A stretch of DNA of 64,000 nt from Patescibacteria group bacterium (GTDB lineage: Bacteria; Patescibacteriota; Minisyncoccia; Phycocordibacterales; Phycocordibacteraceae), in contig JAZKIU010000001.1 of assembly GCA_040384705.1 (NCBI GenBank), positions 153,907 to 217,906 of the forward strand, given 5' to 3'. The translations under genes were made by a program, and so were the position numbers. Below, piece after piece: positions 17,776-27,717 of the stretch. Positions within the stretch are counted from its first letter, which is position 1, and each line of letters opens with the position of its first letter. The notes below the pieces were generated by a model that was not told where the DNA came from, did not search any database, and worked only from the letters and a program-made list of their open reading frames with translations.

Positions 17776-19941
17776 CTACTCCGGATGCACGTGCGCCATG
17801 GCCTCAAGCGCGAGCTCCTTGAGCGCAGGATAGTCCGTAAGTTCTGGGTCTTCCCGAATGAGTCTTCCGGCTTCCGTTCGGGCAGCCTCCACCATCTTTA
17901 TATTCTTGAGCGCTTCCATCGCGATGTCCGACACGCCCCACTGGCGCGCTCCATACAGCTCCCCGGAACCACGCAGCGCGAGATCGTACTCAGCGAGCTC
18001 GAAACCGTTCTTCGCGGTAACGAGCGCTTTCAATCGCTCCTTCGTCTGGCCGCTGAACTTCTCCGGCAGCGCGAAGCAATACGCCTGATGCGTCGAGCGT
18101 ATGACGCGGCCGCGCAGCTGATGGAGCTGGGCGAGACCGAAGCGCTCCGCACCCTCTATAAGAATGACGGTCGCATTCGGCACGTTCACGCCGACTTCGA
18201 CGACGGAGGTCGCGACGAGTATCTGCATCTCGTTCTTCTCGAAGCGCTCCATCGCTTTCTCCTTCTCTATGGGCGTCATCTTGCTGTGGAGGATGTCTAT
18301 GGAAACACCAGGAAAGACTTCGTTCTTCAGGCGTTCCGCTTCCGCCTTAACGGACTTCGCCTGCATGGCGAGTTCTTTCGTCGGGTCCGGTTCATCGATG
18401 CGGGGGCAGATGACATATGCCTGGCGACCCGCTGCCAATTCGCTTCGCACGCGCTCATACGCCTTCTCCCGCGTCTTTATATCGAGTATCTCCGTTATGA
18501 CCGGCTTCCTTCCTGCAGGCATCTCATCGAGAAGCGAGATATCCAGGTCGCCATATATGGTGAGCGCGAGCGTGCGGGGGATAGGGGTCGCAGTCATGGA
18601 AAGGAGGTGCGGGGAGATGCCGTCTTTCTTCACGAGCTTCTGCCGATGCGCCTTACCGAAGCGATGCTGCTCATCGATGATGGCGTATGCGAGGTTCTGG
18701 AACTCGAGTGACTTGTACACGAGCGCATGCGTGCCGATGACGATGGGTATCTCGCCGTTCTTGACCCATTTGCTGAACTGCGCGCGCGATATCTTCGTGG
18801 ACTCTTCTTTACGCACCTTGCTCGGGAACTTGCGGCACTCGCTCCCGGTGATGAGGCCGATGGGGATAGGGTGGTCCTTGAAGTACGAAACGAAGGTGGA
18901 GAAGTGCTGCTTAGCGAGTATTTCGGTCGGGCACATATAGGCGACCTGGAGCGTGCCGCTCTTGCGTCCGGGCGGTCGCGACGTTGCGACCATGTACGCG
19001 GTGGCTGCTGCGACCGCGGTCTTACCGCTACCCACGTCACCCTCGAGCAAGCGACGCATCGGATGCGATTGCTCGAAGTCGAGCGCGACGCTCTCTATGG
19101 AGCGCGTCTGCGCTGCAGTCGGCGGGAATGGGAACGAGGCAATGAAATCGTTCAGTACGGTGCGGTCGGTCTCGACCGAAAGAGCTTTCTCTTTTACCGC
19201 TGAACTGCGCTCGCGCTGCATGCCGAGCTGTATCGCGAACACTTCCTCGAATGCGAAGCGCTTCCTTGCAGCCTGTGCGTCAGGAAGCTTGCGGGGAGCG
19301 TGCATCCATACGAGCGCGGTGGCGAGCGATGGAAGATTGTATCGCTCGAGTATGTCGGAAGGGATAGGGTCGGGTATCGTCTCGTGGAGCCTGCCCTCGA
19401 ACAATCGCTTCTGTGCGTGCAGGAACCATAGGGAGGAGACCCCTTTCGATTCAGGGTATATGGCATAGAGGGTGTTCTCCCCCTCGACGCTCGCTTCGGT
19501 GAAGAGCGTATCGTGCACGTCCTCGCTCGTAATGGGTGTCCTGTCTATCTCCGGGTTCGCGAGGTATCGCTTCGCGCCTTCGCCCGCTATCTTTCCGGTC
19601 GCTCGGATGACCATGCCGTCCTGAAGCGTCTTCGCGATATACGGCTGGTTGAACCACATCATCTTGATGCGGCCCGACGCGTCCTCGAGCCACGCCTCCG
19701 CTATCGGCCTGCGGCTCTTCCATGCCTTACGGGTCTCCGGTTTCCTGACCGTTCCATAGAGCGTGACATCGGCGCCTGGAGTGGCTCCCGCTATGGTGCC
19801 GGTGGGTCCTGCCGCTTCGTAGCGGGCGGGGAAGTGGTAGAGGAGATCGCGCACGGTCGCAAGACCTAGCTTCGCAAGCGCCTTCTTCTGGTCGGGCTTC
19901 AGGCGAGTGAAATGCTTCTCGATAAGGTCCTCCGGTTGCAT
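17776..19941 (-). CDS. recG: ATP-dependent DNA helicase RecG
   Basis: LLEGDVGSGKT, DEQHRFG, MTATPIPRTL, AERFGLAQLHQLRGRV. Confidence 0.98.
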   Translation of the reverse strand: MQPEDLIEKHFTRLKPDQKKALAKLGLATVRDLLYHFPARYEAAGPTGTIAGATPGADVTLYGTVRKPETRKAWKSRRPIAEAWLEDASGRIKMMWFNQPYIAKTLQDGMVIRATGKIAGEGAKRYLANPEIDRTPITSEDVHDTLFTEASVEGENTLYAIYPESKGVSSLWFLHAQKRLFEGRLHETIPDPIPSDILERYNLPSLATALVWMHAPRKLPDAQAARKRFAFEEVFAIQLGMQRERSSAVKEKALSVETDRTVLNDFIASFPFPPTAAQTRSIESVALDFEQSHPMRRLLEGDVGSGKTAVAAATAYMVATSRPPGRKSGTLQVAYMCPTEILAKQHFSTFVSYFKDHPIPIGLITGSECRKFPSKVRKEESTKISRAQFSKWVKNGEIPIVIGTHALVYKSLEFQNLAYAIIDEQHRFGKAHRQKLVKKDGISPHLLSMTATPIPRTLALTIYGDLDISLLDEMPAGRKPVITEILDIKTREKAYERVRSELAAGRQAYVICPRIDEPDPTKELAMQAKSVKAEAERLKNEVFPGVSIDILHSKMTPIEKEKAMERFEKNEMQILVATSVVEVGVNVPNATVILIEGAERFGLAQLHQLRGRVIRSTHQAYCFALPEKFSGQTKERLKALVTAKNGFELAEYDLALRGSGELYGARQWGVSDIAMEALKNIKMVEAARTEAGRLIREDPELTDYPALKELALEAMAHVHPE

Positions 19942-20028
19942 AGGGGAAGTATACGATTTTCGATGTCCGCGCGCCTTCATGAAAGAACATGCATTCTTCA
20001 TCGTCTATTGAGGTATAGTCTCTTATAT

Positions 20029-21642
20029 ATGTTCCGCTACTCACGTCACTGGTCCATCGTCATCGCGGTCGCGCTCATCGTTTCGTTCCTGTTCGCGTTC
20101 CCAACCGCGTTCATACAAGCAGCGACCAAGACGAAGCTTGCGTCGAGCGAGGCGCCTATGTCAGCTGAACTGAAAGCCGCGTACCAGGAAGCTGCGGCGG
20201 GAGGCGACAAAGTCCGCATCCTCATCGTGCCGGGGCACGAGCCGACCTATGGCGGCGCGCAGTACGCTGGATACTATGAGCGCGAGCTTGCCGTCGCGCT
20301 CTCGGAGAAGCTCGCCACCGAGTTACGCGCGGACCCTAACCTCGAAGTCCTCGTCGCACGCGACATGACCGGTTGGAACGATGACCTCGCATCGTACTTC
20401 AAACGGAACATGAAGACGATAAAGAAATTCGTCGAGACGCATAAGAAGGAGATGAAGAAGCTGCTCAAGCGCGGGAAAGTGGAAGAGAACGAAGAGCAGG
20501 CAGGGCACAACGTTGCGCCGGGCGACGTTGCATACCGCCTCTATGGAATCACGAAGTGGTCGAACGAGAACGATGTCGACCTTATGATCCATGTGCACCT
20601 CAACGATGCAGGCGACCGAACTGCTGATGGCGCAGGGAAGTACACTGGCCTCGCTATATACGTGCCGGACAGTCAGTTCGGGAATGGAGATGTATCGAAG
20701 GACGTCGCGGAGGACGTGTTCGACAAGGTAACGAAGCTCACCGCGAAGTCCACGCTCCCTATCGAGGACAAGGGTGTCGTCGAGGACCAGGAACTCATCG
20801 CGCTCGGCGCGAACAGCACCTCAGCCGTCGCGAGCATCCTCATCGAGTACGGTTATATATACGAACCGAAGTTCATCGATGAGAACATCCGCAACACCGT
20901 CTTCACCGATTACGCGCTCCAGACCGCGCGCGGCGTACGCGACTTCTTCGGGGGAGATGCGTCCGGCAAATACGAGACGAAGGCGCTCCCGTATACCTGG
21001 ACGACTGATCTCGTGGCAATGCTCGACCCGCAGCCCTATGCGCTTGCAACCACCGGACAGACGGCGACAAGCACCGCCTTGAAACCCGCACCCGTTTCAA
21101 ATATCGCTATCTACGCGCTCCAGCACGCTCTCAAGGCCGAAGGGTACTATCCAGCTGCTCCATCGACGCTCATAAACTGCCCGCTCGACGGACGGATGGG
21201 TGAATGCGTAACGGATGCGCTTAAGGCGTTCCAGAAGGCGCGAAGCATCAAGGAGAGTGGCACGCTCGACGCGGCGACGCGCAACCTGCTCAATGCGCGG
21301 TATAGTCTGGTGCCGGTCATAGCAACGGACCCGGTCACGCTCGTACCCGCGCCAGTAGTAGCATCTACTCCGGTCTCAGGCTCCTGTGCAGCATTCACGG
21401 GTTCCCTTGAGCTCGATAGCACGGACGCGAAGACCAACGGGCAAGTGACGCGTCTCCAGAAGATGCTCGCGCAGGACAAGAGCGTCTATCCCGAAGGGAA
21501 GGTGACCGGGTTCTTCGGGCCAGCTACGGATAAGGCGGTGAAGGCATTCCAGGTGAAGAACAAGATAGCTGCAGCCGGTAGCGCAGGCTATGGCATCGTG
21601 GGCCCCGCGACCGGGAAAGCGCTTCTCGCAGTGTGTAAATAA
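20029..21642 (+). CDS. N-acetylmuramoyl-L-alanine amidase (Amidase_3) with two peptidoglycan-binding domains
   Basis: Signal peptide; ILIVPGH, YEREL, IHVHLND, SILIEYGY; C-terminal LQ..L...G.FGPAT..AVKAFQ. Confidence 0.88.
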   Translation: MFRYSRHWSIVIAVALIVSFLFAFPTAFIQAATKTKLASSEAPMSAELKAAYQEAAAGGDKVRILIVPGHEPTYGGAQYAGYYERELAVALSEKLATELRADPNLEVLVARDMTGWNDDLASYFKRNMKTIKKFVETHKKEMKKLLKRGKVEENEEQAGHNVAPGDVAYRLYGITKWSNENDVDLMIHVHLNDAGDRTADGAGKYTGLAIYVPDSQFGNGDVSKDVAEDVFDKVTKLTAKSTLPIEDKGVVEDQELIALGANSTSAVASILIEYGYIYEPKFIDENIRNTVFTDYALQTARGVRDFFGGDASGKYETKALPYTWTTDLVAMLDPQPYALATTGQTATSTALKPAPVSNIAIYALQHALKAEGYYPAAPSTLINCPLDGRMGECVTDALKAFQKARSIKESGTLDAATRNLLNARYSLVPVIATDPVTLVPAPVVASTPVSGSCAAFTGSLELDSTDAKTNGQVTRLQKMLAQDKSVYPEGKVTGFFGPATDKAVKAFQVKNKIAAAGSAGYGIVGPATGKALLAVCK

Positions 21643-21719
21643 GCTTTAGGGAGTACGGCCTCGCATCCACAGTGGTGCGAGGCCGCTTTCTTTATATACT
21701 TACGCTCTAACTCCTTCTC

Positions 21720-22865
21720 ATGGCTAAGACACCGAAACAGGTAGTGGACGCGTTCAAGAAGACCGGAGCTCGTGTTGAGACGAAGGGCCGTGTGAAGATG
21801 AAAACAAAGGACGACTTCGCTCTCTACTACACCCCGGGCGTGGGCGCCGCATCGCTTCATCTTGCGAAGCATCCGAAGGACACACGACTCATGTCGGTGA
21901 AGAAGAACTCCGTCGCGGTCATCTCCGACGGGTCAGCGGTGCTCGGTCTCGGTAACATCGGTCCGTACGGCGCGCTCCCGGTCATGGAAGGGAAAGCGCT
22001 CATCTTCCGCGAGCTCGCCGGCATCGACGCCTGGCCCATCGTGCTCGATACGCAGGACCCCGATGAGATAGTGCGGGTAATCAAAGCGATAGCGCCGGGG
22101 TGGGGCGGCATCAATCTCGAGGACTTCAAAGCTCCCGAATGCTTCGATATCGAGAAGCGGCTCATCGAAGCGCTCGACATACCCGTCATGCATGACGACC
22201 AGCACGGAACTGCTATCGTGGTGCTCGCCGGTCTCATCAATGCGATGCAAGTGGTGGGAAAGAAGTGGAACGGCGCGCGGATAACAATAAGCGGAGTAGG
22301 GGCGGCAGGTGTCGCTATCATACGGCTCCTCAAGCTGTATCAGCCTAAGGTGAATATCCTTGCAGTCGATAGCCGCGGCATCATAGGGAAAAGACGGAAG
22401 GATTTGAATGCGACCAAGCAAGCGCTTATCGACGAAGGCCTTATCTTTGCGGACGAAGAGGGGGATCTCCGCAAGGCGCTCATCGAGTCCGATGTATTCA
22501 TCGGCGTATCGGGCCCTAGCCTTCTCAAGGCCGAAGACGTGAAGTTTATGAACGAGAAGGCTATCGTGTTCGCGCTCTCGAACCCGATGCCTGAAATTCT
22601 TCCCGAAGAAGCGAAGAAGGGTGGGGCTATGGTCATCGCGACCGGACGCTCGGACTTCCCGAACCAGATAAACAACGCACTCGTGTTCCCAGGAGTATTC
22701 CGGGGAGCGCTTGATAAAGGAGTGACGCGGATTACGGACGCATCGAAGCTCCGCGCGGCGAAGGCACTTGCGGCACTCGTCGCGAAGCCTACTCCGGCTA
22801 AGATAATCCCCGACATCCTCGACAAGCGGGTAGTTAAGGCAGTTGCAGGAGCCGTTCGGAAGTAG
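21720..22865 (+). CDS. NAD(P)-dependent malic enzyme
   Basis: YYTPGVG, DGSAVLGLGNIG, NLEDF, HDDQHGTA, SNPMPE, DFPNQINN. Confidence 0.95.
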   Translation: MAKTPKQVVDAFKKTGARVETKGRVKMKTKDDFALYYTPGVGAASLHLAKHPKDTRLMSVKKNSVAVISDGSAVLGLGNIGPYGALPVMEGKALIFRELAGIDAWPIVLDTQDPDEIVRVIKAIAPGWGGINLEDFKAPECFDIEKRLIEALDIPVMHDDQHGTAIVVLAGLINAMQVVGKKWNGARITISGVGAAGVAIIRLLKLYQPKVNILAVDSRGIIGKRRKDLNATKQALIDEGLIFADEEGDLRKALIESDVFIGVSGPSLLKAEDVKFMNEKAIVFALSNPMPEILPEEAKKGGAMVIATGRSDFPNQINNALVFPGVFRGALDKGVTRITDASKLRAAKALAALVAKPTPAKIIPDILDKRVVKAVAGAVRK

Positions 22866-22880
22866 CGCTATACTGAGTGC

Positions 22881-23321
22881 GTGAAAAAACACCGAACCAA
22901 GAAAAGTCAGCGAGGGGGTGTCTACCCATTCCTTATCACGCTCCCGGACAGGTTCTACCCGTTCCGGAACGAGATAAAGGGAGAATGGGTACGAGGCAAG
23001 CGCTCGTACGACTTAGCGCTCGCTCGGGCGCGTCGCAGGCTCGGTCCCGGCCATTTCGGGTACCAGGTGCTCGCGTATAGGCAGGCATGCCATTTGCTTG
23101 GGGCAGTGGTCCTCATAATCTTCGCGACCCTCGTTGCGAAAGACCTGTTCGGAAGCGATATGGCTCTCTACTTGCTGCTCGCGCTCGCGGTGCTCTTCAT
23201 CTCGTTCCAGGAGTTCTATCTCCATCCTAAGTACTATGGCCAGCTCTGGCGCAAAAGTGTCGCTGACTGGGCAGTGTGGGTCGCGCCTATCGCGCTCTTC
23301 CTCTTCTTGAGCCTCTCTTAG
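22881..23321 (+). CDS. Hypothetical membrane protein
   Basis: 146 aa, three hydrophobic segments; GTG start 6 nt after TATACT. Confidence 0.75.
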   Translation: MKKHRTKKSQRGGVYPFLITLPDRFYPFRNEIKGEWVRGKRSYDLALARARRRLGPGHFGYQVLAYRQACHLLGAVVLIIFATLVAKDLFGSDMALYLLLALAVLFISFQEFYLHPKYYGQLWRKSVADWAVWVAPIALFLFLSLS

Positions 23322-23758
23322 TCGCGCTGTATCGCCTCGCGTACGCGTGGCGCGACCGTTGCGAGCCATGCTCTATCCTTGAGGTAGGTGATGTGATCTG
23401 CTAGTTCGCGGAACGGTACCCATTTAGCATCTTTCATCTCCATGGTGGGGGCGAGCGGTGCGTGTGGCACCGCAGCGAACAGGAACATTTTGATGACCTT
23501 TGTCTCCCCAGGATCATCAGAACCGTCAGGGAGTATGTGCGGACGTTCAAATTCGCCCAGGTCGTCTATGTACTCGAGGTCAGTTAGTCCCGCCTCTTCC
23601 AATATCTCGCGCCGTGCCGCTTGCTCATCGGTCTCCCCCTCGTCCACGTGACCTTTGGGGAAGGTCCAGAATCCGCTACTACGGCTTTGCACGAGTGCCA
23701 CCGTCCCACCATCCCCAAGGACGATACCGCCGGCTGACCGCGTACGAGTAATTTCCAT
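23318..23758 (-). CDS. NUDIX hydrolase
   Basis: Nudix box PKGHVDEGETDEQAARREILEEAG. Confidence 0.93.
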   Translation of the reverse strand: MEITRTRSAGGIVLGDGGTVALVQSRSSGFWTFPKGHVDEGETDEQAARREILEEAGLTDLEYIDDLGEFERPHILPDGSDDPGETKVIKMFLFAAVPHAPLAPTMEMKDAKWVPFRELADHITYLKDRAWLATVAPRVREAIQRD

Positions 23759-23761
23759 ACC

Positions 23762-24124
23762 TTACTTGTACGTCACCTCCCGTGAACGTTTCCGGTAATG
23801 GAGTGCCGAGAGGGCTGCTGCTGCGAACGCGATGGAGATATCGCGGAAGAGAATGTCGAACTGGTTCACGTTGAACGCGACGATGGCGAGTAGCACGACC
23901 GCAGCGATGCCGCTCGGTATCCAGATACGCCTTCCGAACAGTATCCAGAGCGCGATGAGGATCTCGAACGCACCGAAGATGTGGAGCAGTACGATGGACG
24001 ACGGCATGAACGCAGGGAAATAGCCGAGCCACGAGTCGGGGTCGATAAGGGCTGCTACCGGGGGATAGGCGAAGGAGAATGCTACCGCCACGCGGAGCAG
24101 GAGTTCAGGAAGGGGTACGCGCAT
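23762..24124 (-). CDS. DoxX-like membrane protein
   Basis: LLLRVAVAF...G.FEI..ALW...FRDI; four TM segments. Confidence 0.7.
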   Translation of the reverse strand: MRVPLPELLLRVAVAFSFAYPPVAALIDPDSWLGYFPAFMPSSIVLLHIFGAFEILIALWILFGRRIWIPSGIAAVVLLAIVAFNVNQFDILFRDISIAFAAAALSALHYRKRSREVTYK

Positions 24125-24134
24125 ACCGTAGATA

Positions 24135-24602
24135 CTACTCTACGACGACGGTACCGCCATCGTCCGAACGGGCATGATTGTGGTAGTCGAACGAGCCTGC
24201 CTTGGTGAACGTAAAGCTCCAGGAGGTGCCGTTCCCGCTCCGTGCGCACTGGTCGAACGAGGTGTTCACCGCTGCCGCGCAGTGCTCGCTCCTTGAGGTG
24301 CCGTCATAGTTCGTGTGCGTCGGATGCTCGTCCGCACCGACCCACATATCGCTCGAGGATTGGTTCATGAACCGGACCGTGTCCCCGACATTGATGCTCG
24401 CGGTCGCTGGGCTGAACCCTTGGTCCGTGTACGTCACAACTACCGTTTTAGCGGGGCTTGGCACATTAGTGTCGGTGGTCGTAGCGGTAGTCACTACGTC
24501 TGTTGTGTCAGCTACGTCAGATGTCGTACGACCGAACGCGAACCATGCACCGACAAGGACGATGACGATTATAAGAAGCACCCAAAGGATTCTCGTATTC
24601 AT
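24135..24602 (-). CDS. Cupredoxin / plastocyanin-like protein
   Basis: GFSP...INVGDTVRF.N, HPTH, SFTFTKAGSFDYHNH. Confidence 0.82.
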   Translation of the reverse strand: MNTRILWVLLIIVIVLVGAWFAFGRTTSDVADTTDVVTTATTTDTNVPSPAKTVVVTYTDQGFSPATASINVGDTVRFMNQSSSDMWVGADEHPTHTNYDGTSRSEHCAAAVNTSFDQCARSGNGTSWSFTFTKAGSFDYHNHARSDDGGTVVVE

Positions 24603-24660
24603 AAACTGGGACTACGTGAAGGATAATCGTGTGTTGGATTCCATACCCGCCCCATCGTCG

Positions 24661-24825
24661 TTAGGTAACGAGAGGAGGGAAGTGTATCCACGTAGGGCGG
24701 GGTGCGGGGGTGCTGAGGCGCGGAAGCTGTATGCCGAGCAATCGCTCGAAACGGGCGATTGGATCGGTACGCGACGGCGTGCGGGATAGGCGTCCTTCGA
24801 TGCTTATACGGCTGGTTTTCTTCAT
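24661..24825 (-). CDS. Putative leaderless small protein (54 aa, not in ORF track)
   Basis: MKKTSRISIEGRL...FPPLVT; TAGGAT exactly 6 nt before ATG. Confidence 0.4.
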   Translation of the reverse strand: MKKTSRISIEGRLSRTPSRTDPIARFERLLGIQLPRLSTPAPRPTWIHFPPLVT

Positions 24826-24865
24826 GCCCGCATCCTATGCGGTTGCGCATGAGCGCTTCGTGAAG

Positions 24866-25726
24866 CTATCGAGGAAATATATGCGTGAGTTCCTCCGAAC
24901 GATAGAACTCGCCGCCGAGCACGCCGAACGGATACGCTCGTCCACCTACTTGTATGGAAGCTCCTGCGGCCACGGGTGCCGGGTTAGGGTTCGAGCGCTC
25001 GAACCCGATGTTGAAGAGGGTGATGGCGATAGCGGGCGTGAGCTCATTCCTGAAGCCGGCACGTTCCCATTGCGATTCGATCTCCTTTATATAGAGCGCG
25101 GTGTAGAGATAGGAGTAGTAATGGTCCTTCGCATCAGTGAGTCGCTTGTAGAGTTCGGCATCGGTGTTCGTGCCTTTCGGATACTCGATGAGCGATGCGT
25201 ACTTAGCGCCCGGATAGAACGGGGAAGCGGCATCGAGCGCGTGGTGCTCTATCTCCCTCGCCGTCTCCTGCTTTATGCCGGAAACGCCGAGCGAGAACTG
25301 GGAGAGAGAGCCGAGTATCTTGAGCGGCTCGAAGTACCGCTTGAATACCTCACGTTCGGAGGTGAAGAAGCGGAGCTGCTCGGGGATGACCGCGGCTGCG
25401 ATGAGGCGGGCGTCCACATCGGTTTCCTTCGCCACTCGCTCGATGATGAGGGCATCCTTCTCGAGTCCGCCGGCCACGACCACCCACTCCGGCGTCTCGC
25501 TCCAGTCGCACTCATTCTTCGTGGCATCGACGCAGGGCTGGGCTAGGGCCGCAGGACTAACCGGTGCGCTCGCTGCGTTCGCGAAGAACTGGTTCCGTTC
25601 GAGTATGGAGCCGCGCACATTCAATAGGCCGAACTGCATGGCGATGAACACCGCGGTGAACGCGAGTCCGACGAGGGCGAACAGCCCTATGAGTATGAAT
25701 ATGGTTCTCCTAACCCAGCTTTTCAT
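24866..25726 (-). CDS. Membrane-anchored protein, possible lysozyme/SLT-like fold
   Basis: N-terminal TM; DARLIAAAVIPEQ, SLGVSGIKQETA, TLFNIG resemble SLT motifs I-III. Confidence 0.7.
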   Translation of the reverse strand: MKSWVRRTIFILIGLFALVGLAFTAVFIAMQFGLLNVRGSILERNQFFANAASAPVSPAALAQPCVDATKNECDWSETPEWVVVAGGLEKDALIIERVAKETDVDARLIAAAVIPEQLRFFTSEREVFKRYFEPLKILGSLSQFSLGVSGIKQETAREIEHHALDAASPFYPGAKYASLIEYPKGTNTDAELYKRLTDAKDHYYSYLYTALYIKEIESQWERAGFRNELTPAIAITLFNIGFERSNPNPAPVAAGASIQVGGRAYPFGVLGGEFYRSEELTHIFPR

Positions 25727-25764
25727 GGTGTTTGTGATAACGCTCTACGGAAGTAAAAACGTTG

Positions 25765-25851
25765 CGGAGACGGAGGGATTCGAACCCTCGAGGGACGTTA
25801 ATCCCTGCCTCGTTAGCAGTGAGGTACTTTCGACCACTCAGCCACGTCTCC
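25765..25851 (-). tRNA. tRNA-Ser(GCU)
   Basis: GGAGACG/CGTCTCC acceptor, anticodon GCT, long variable arm. Confidence 0.95.
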
Positions 25852-25903
25852 AATGCGGTGCTGTATCAAATTATCATTTCGCGTACGATTGCGCCAAGCG
25901 AGC

Positions 25904-26536
25904 TCATCCTGCGAGCGCGAGCGGGTAGACGTGCTGGGCACCTGCTTCATGCAGAGCCCGCACCGCATCACGGAATGTGGCGCCGGTGGTCGTAACGTCG
26001 TCCACCACTATATAGGTGCAGGACGAATCGACCGTATCTGCCGAGAACGCCTGTTCCAGGTTCTTCGCTCGTTCCTGCTTACTGAGCGTCGTCTGCGGCT
26101 CAGTATCGCGCCTCCGTTTGAGAATCGTCTCGAAGGGAGGGGGGTTCCCCATGGATGCGATGGCAGCTGTACACATTGCCTCGACCTGGTTGTGTCCACG
26201 CTCTCGCAGGCGTGCCGCTCCAAGCGGTATAGGTACGAGCACGATACGCTGCTCGGAGAATGCCTGTATCTCCCGCAGGAAGTCGGAGAGATAATCCCCG
26301 AGGGCAGCGCCGAGCAGCGACTGCGCATTTTGGTCTCCATGGTACTTCGCCTCGATGATGAGCGCCTGGACGAGAGGGTGCCGGTAAGGCAGTAGGGCCG
26401 CACCCTCATATCCCGCTATGGAACGTGCTTCGGGCGACACGAGCGGAGCGATAGAAGCGAATGAGGCATCGCGCACAACCTTCGCCGTCGGGCGCGGAGG
26501 GAAGAGGAGGTCGAGCAATCGCGACAGGATGCGCAT
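25904..26536 (-). CDS. comF: ComF-family phosphoribosyltransferase-like competence protein
   Basis: LLDLLFPP, AKY, VPIPL...R.RERGHNQ, VVDDVTTTGATF. Confidence 0.9.
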   Translation of the reverse strand: MRILSRLLDLLFPPRPTAKVVRDASFASIAPLVSPEARSIAGYEGAALLPYRHPLVQALIIEAKYHGDQNAQSLLGAALGDYLSDFLREIQAFSEQRIVLVPIPLGAARLRERGHNQVEAMCTAAIASMGNPPPFETILKRRRDTEPQTTLSKQERAKNLEQAFSADTVDSSCTYIVVDDVTTTGATFRDAVRALHEAGAQHVYPLALAG

Positions 26537-26542
26537 ACCTGC

Positions 26543-26552
26543 ATGATACAAT
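26543..26552. promoter_or_regulatory. Overlapping bidirectional -10 elements for comF and pilM
   Basis: ATGATACAAT reads TACAAT (+) and TATCAT (-), each exactly 6 nt from an ATG. Confidence 0.6.
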
Positions 26553-26558
26553 CGCCCC

Positions 26559-27665
26559 ATGAGCTTTCTTTCGAAGCTGTTCGCAAGCACGAAGAAGAGC
26601 AAGAGCGTTATCGGCATCGACGTCGGCTCTTCATCGCTGAAAGTGGTCCAGCTCCGCCGCGAGGGTGGCACTGCCGTGCTTGAAACATATGGCGAGCTCG
26701 CGCTCGGCCCGTATTCGGGCGGCGAGGTAGGAACCGCGACGAACCTTCCTGCGGCGAAGATAACGGAATCGCTCAAGGACCTCCTTCGCGAGGCGAATGT
26801 CACGACGAACGAGGCCGGTGTTTCCATACCGTTCTCCCGCTCCCTGCTTACGCTCGTGACGCTCCCGTATAGGGAGAATGCGGACGAACAGAAGACCATC
26901 ATCGAGCTCGAGGCGAGGAAGTATATCCCTGTGCCTGTTTCAGAAGTGCAGCTCGATTGGTTCATCCTCCCGCAGCCGATACCCGAGGGAGGTACCGAAG
27001 CGCAGAAGGAGGCACCGCAGAAAGTCGATGTGCTCCTCGTTGCGGTGCATAACGATGAGCTGAAGCTGCTCGAGCAGGTGGTGACCGGCGCCGAGCTCCA
27101 AGCGACGTTCTATGAGATAGAGATATTCAGCACTATCCGCTCCGTCGTGGATGAGCCGGTGAAGCCGGTGCTCGTGCTCGATATCGGCGCGTCCGCGACC
27201 AAGGTCTATGTCGTCGAGCATGGCGTCGTGGCGCTTTCGCACAATATACCGAAAGGCGGCCAGGACGTAACGCGCACCATCGCGACGGCGCACAGCATGA
27301 CCATACAGAAGGCGGAGATCCTCAAGAAGGAGCATGGGTTCAAGGCTGCGGGCGCATCGTCCTACGATCGCAGTACCATAGAGCTCGTGTTCTCCCGCAT
27401 CTTCGAGGAAGCGAAGCGCGCCATGATGCAGTACGAGGCGGGGGAGAGCAAGGCCATCTCGACGCTCATACTCACGGGTGGGGGCGGCGTGACCAAGGAG
27501 CTCGGTGCGTACGCGAAATCGTTCTTCTCACTCGATGTGCAGGTCGCCGACCCGTTCAGCAAGACGCAGACACCCGCGTTCATGCAGCCGGTGCTCAAAG
27601 AAATAGGGCCGGAGTTCGCGGTGGCCGTCGGGCTCGCGCTCCGCAAGCTCGAGGAGCTTGAGTAG
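26559..27665 (+). CDS. pilM: Type IV pilus assembly protein PilM
   Basis: IGIDVGSSSLKVV, EARKYIP, LDIGA..T, LTGGG, AVAVGLALR. Confidence 0.93.
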   Translation: MSFLSKLFASTKKSKSVIGIDVGSSSLKVVQLRREGGTAVLETYGELALGPYSGGEVGTATNLPAAKITESLKDLLREANVTTNEAGVSIPFSRSLLTLVTLPYRENADEQKTIIELEARKYIPVPVSEVQLDWFILPQPIPEGGTEAQKEAPQKVDVLLVAVHNDELKLLEQVVTGAELQATFYEIEIFSTIRSVVDEPVKPVLVLDIGASATKVYVVEHGVVALSHNIPKGGQDVTRTIATAHSMTIQKAEILKKEHGFKAAGASSYDRSTIELVFSRIFEEAKRAMMQYEAGESKAISTLILTGGGGVTKELGAYAKSFFSLDVQVADPFSKTQTPAFMQPVLKEIGPEFAVAVGLALRKLEELE

Positions 27666-27717
27666 CGGTGTGTATAAAGGCACTCATTCCATTATTTGAC
27701 CGCGTATACTGAACATC

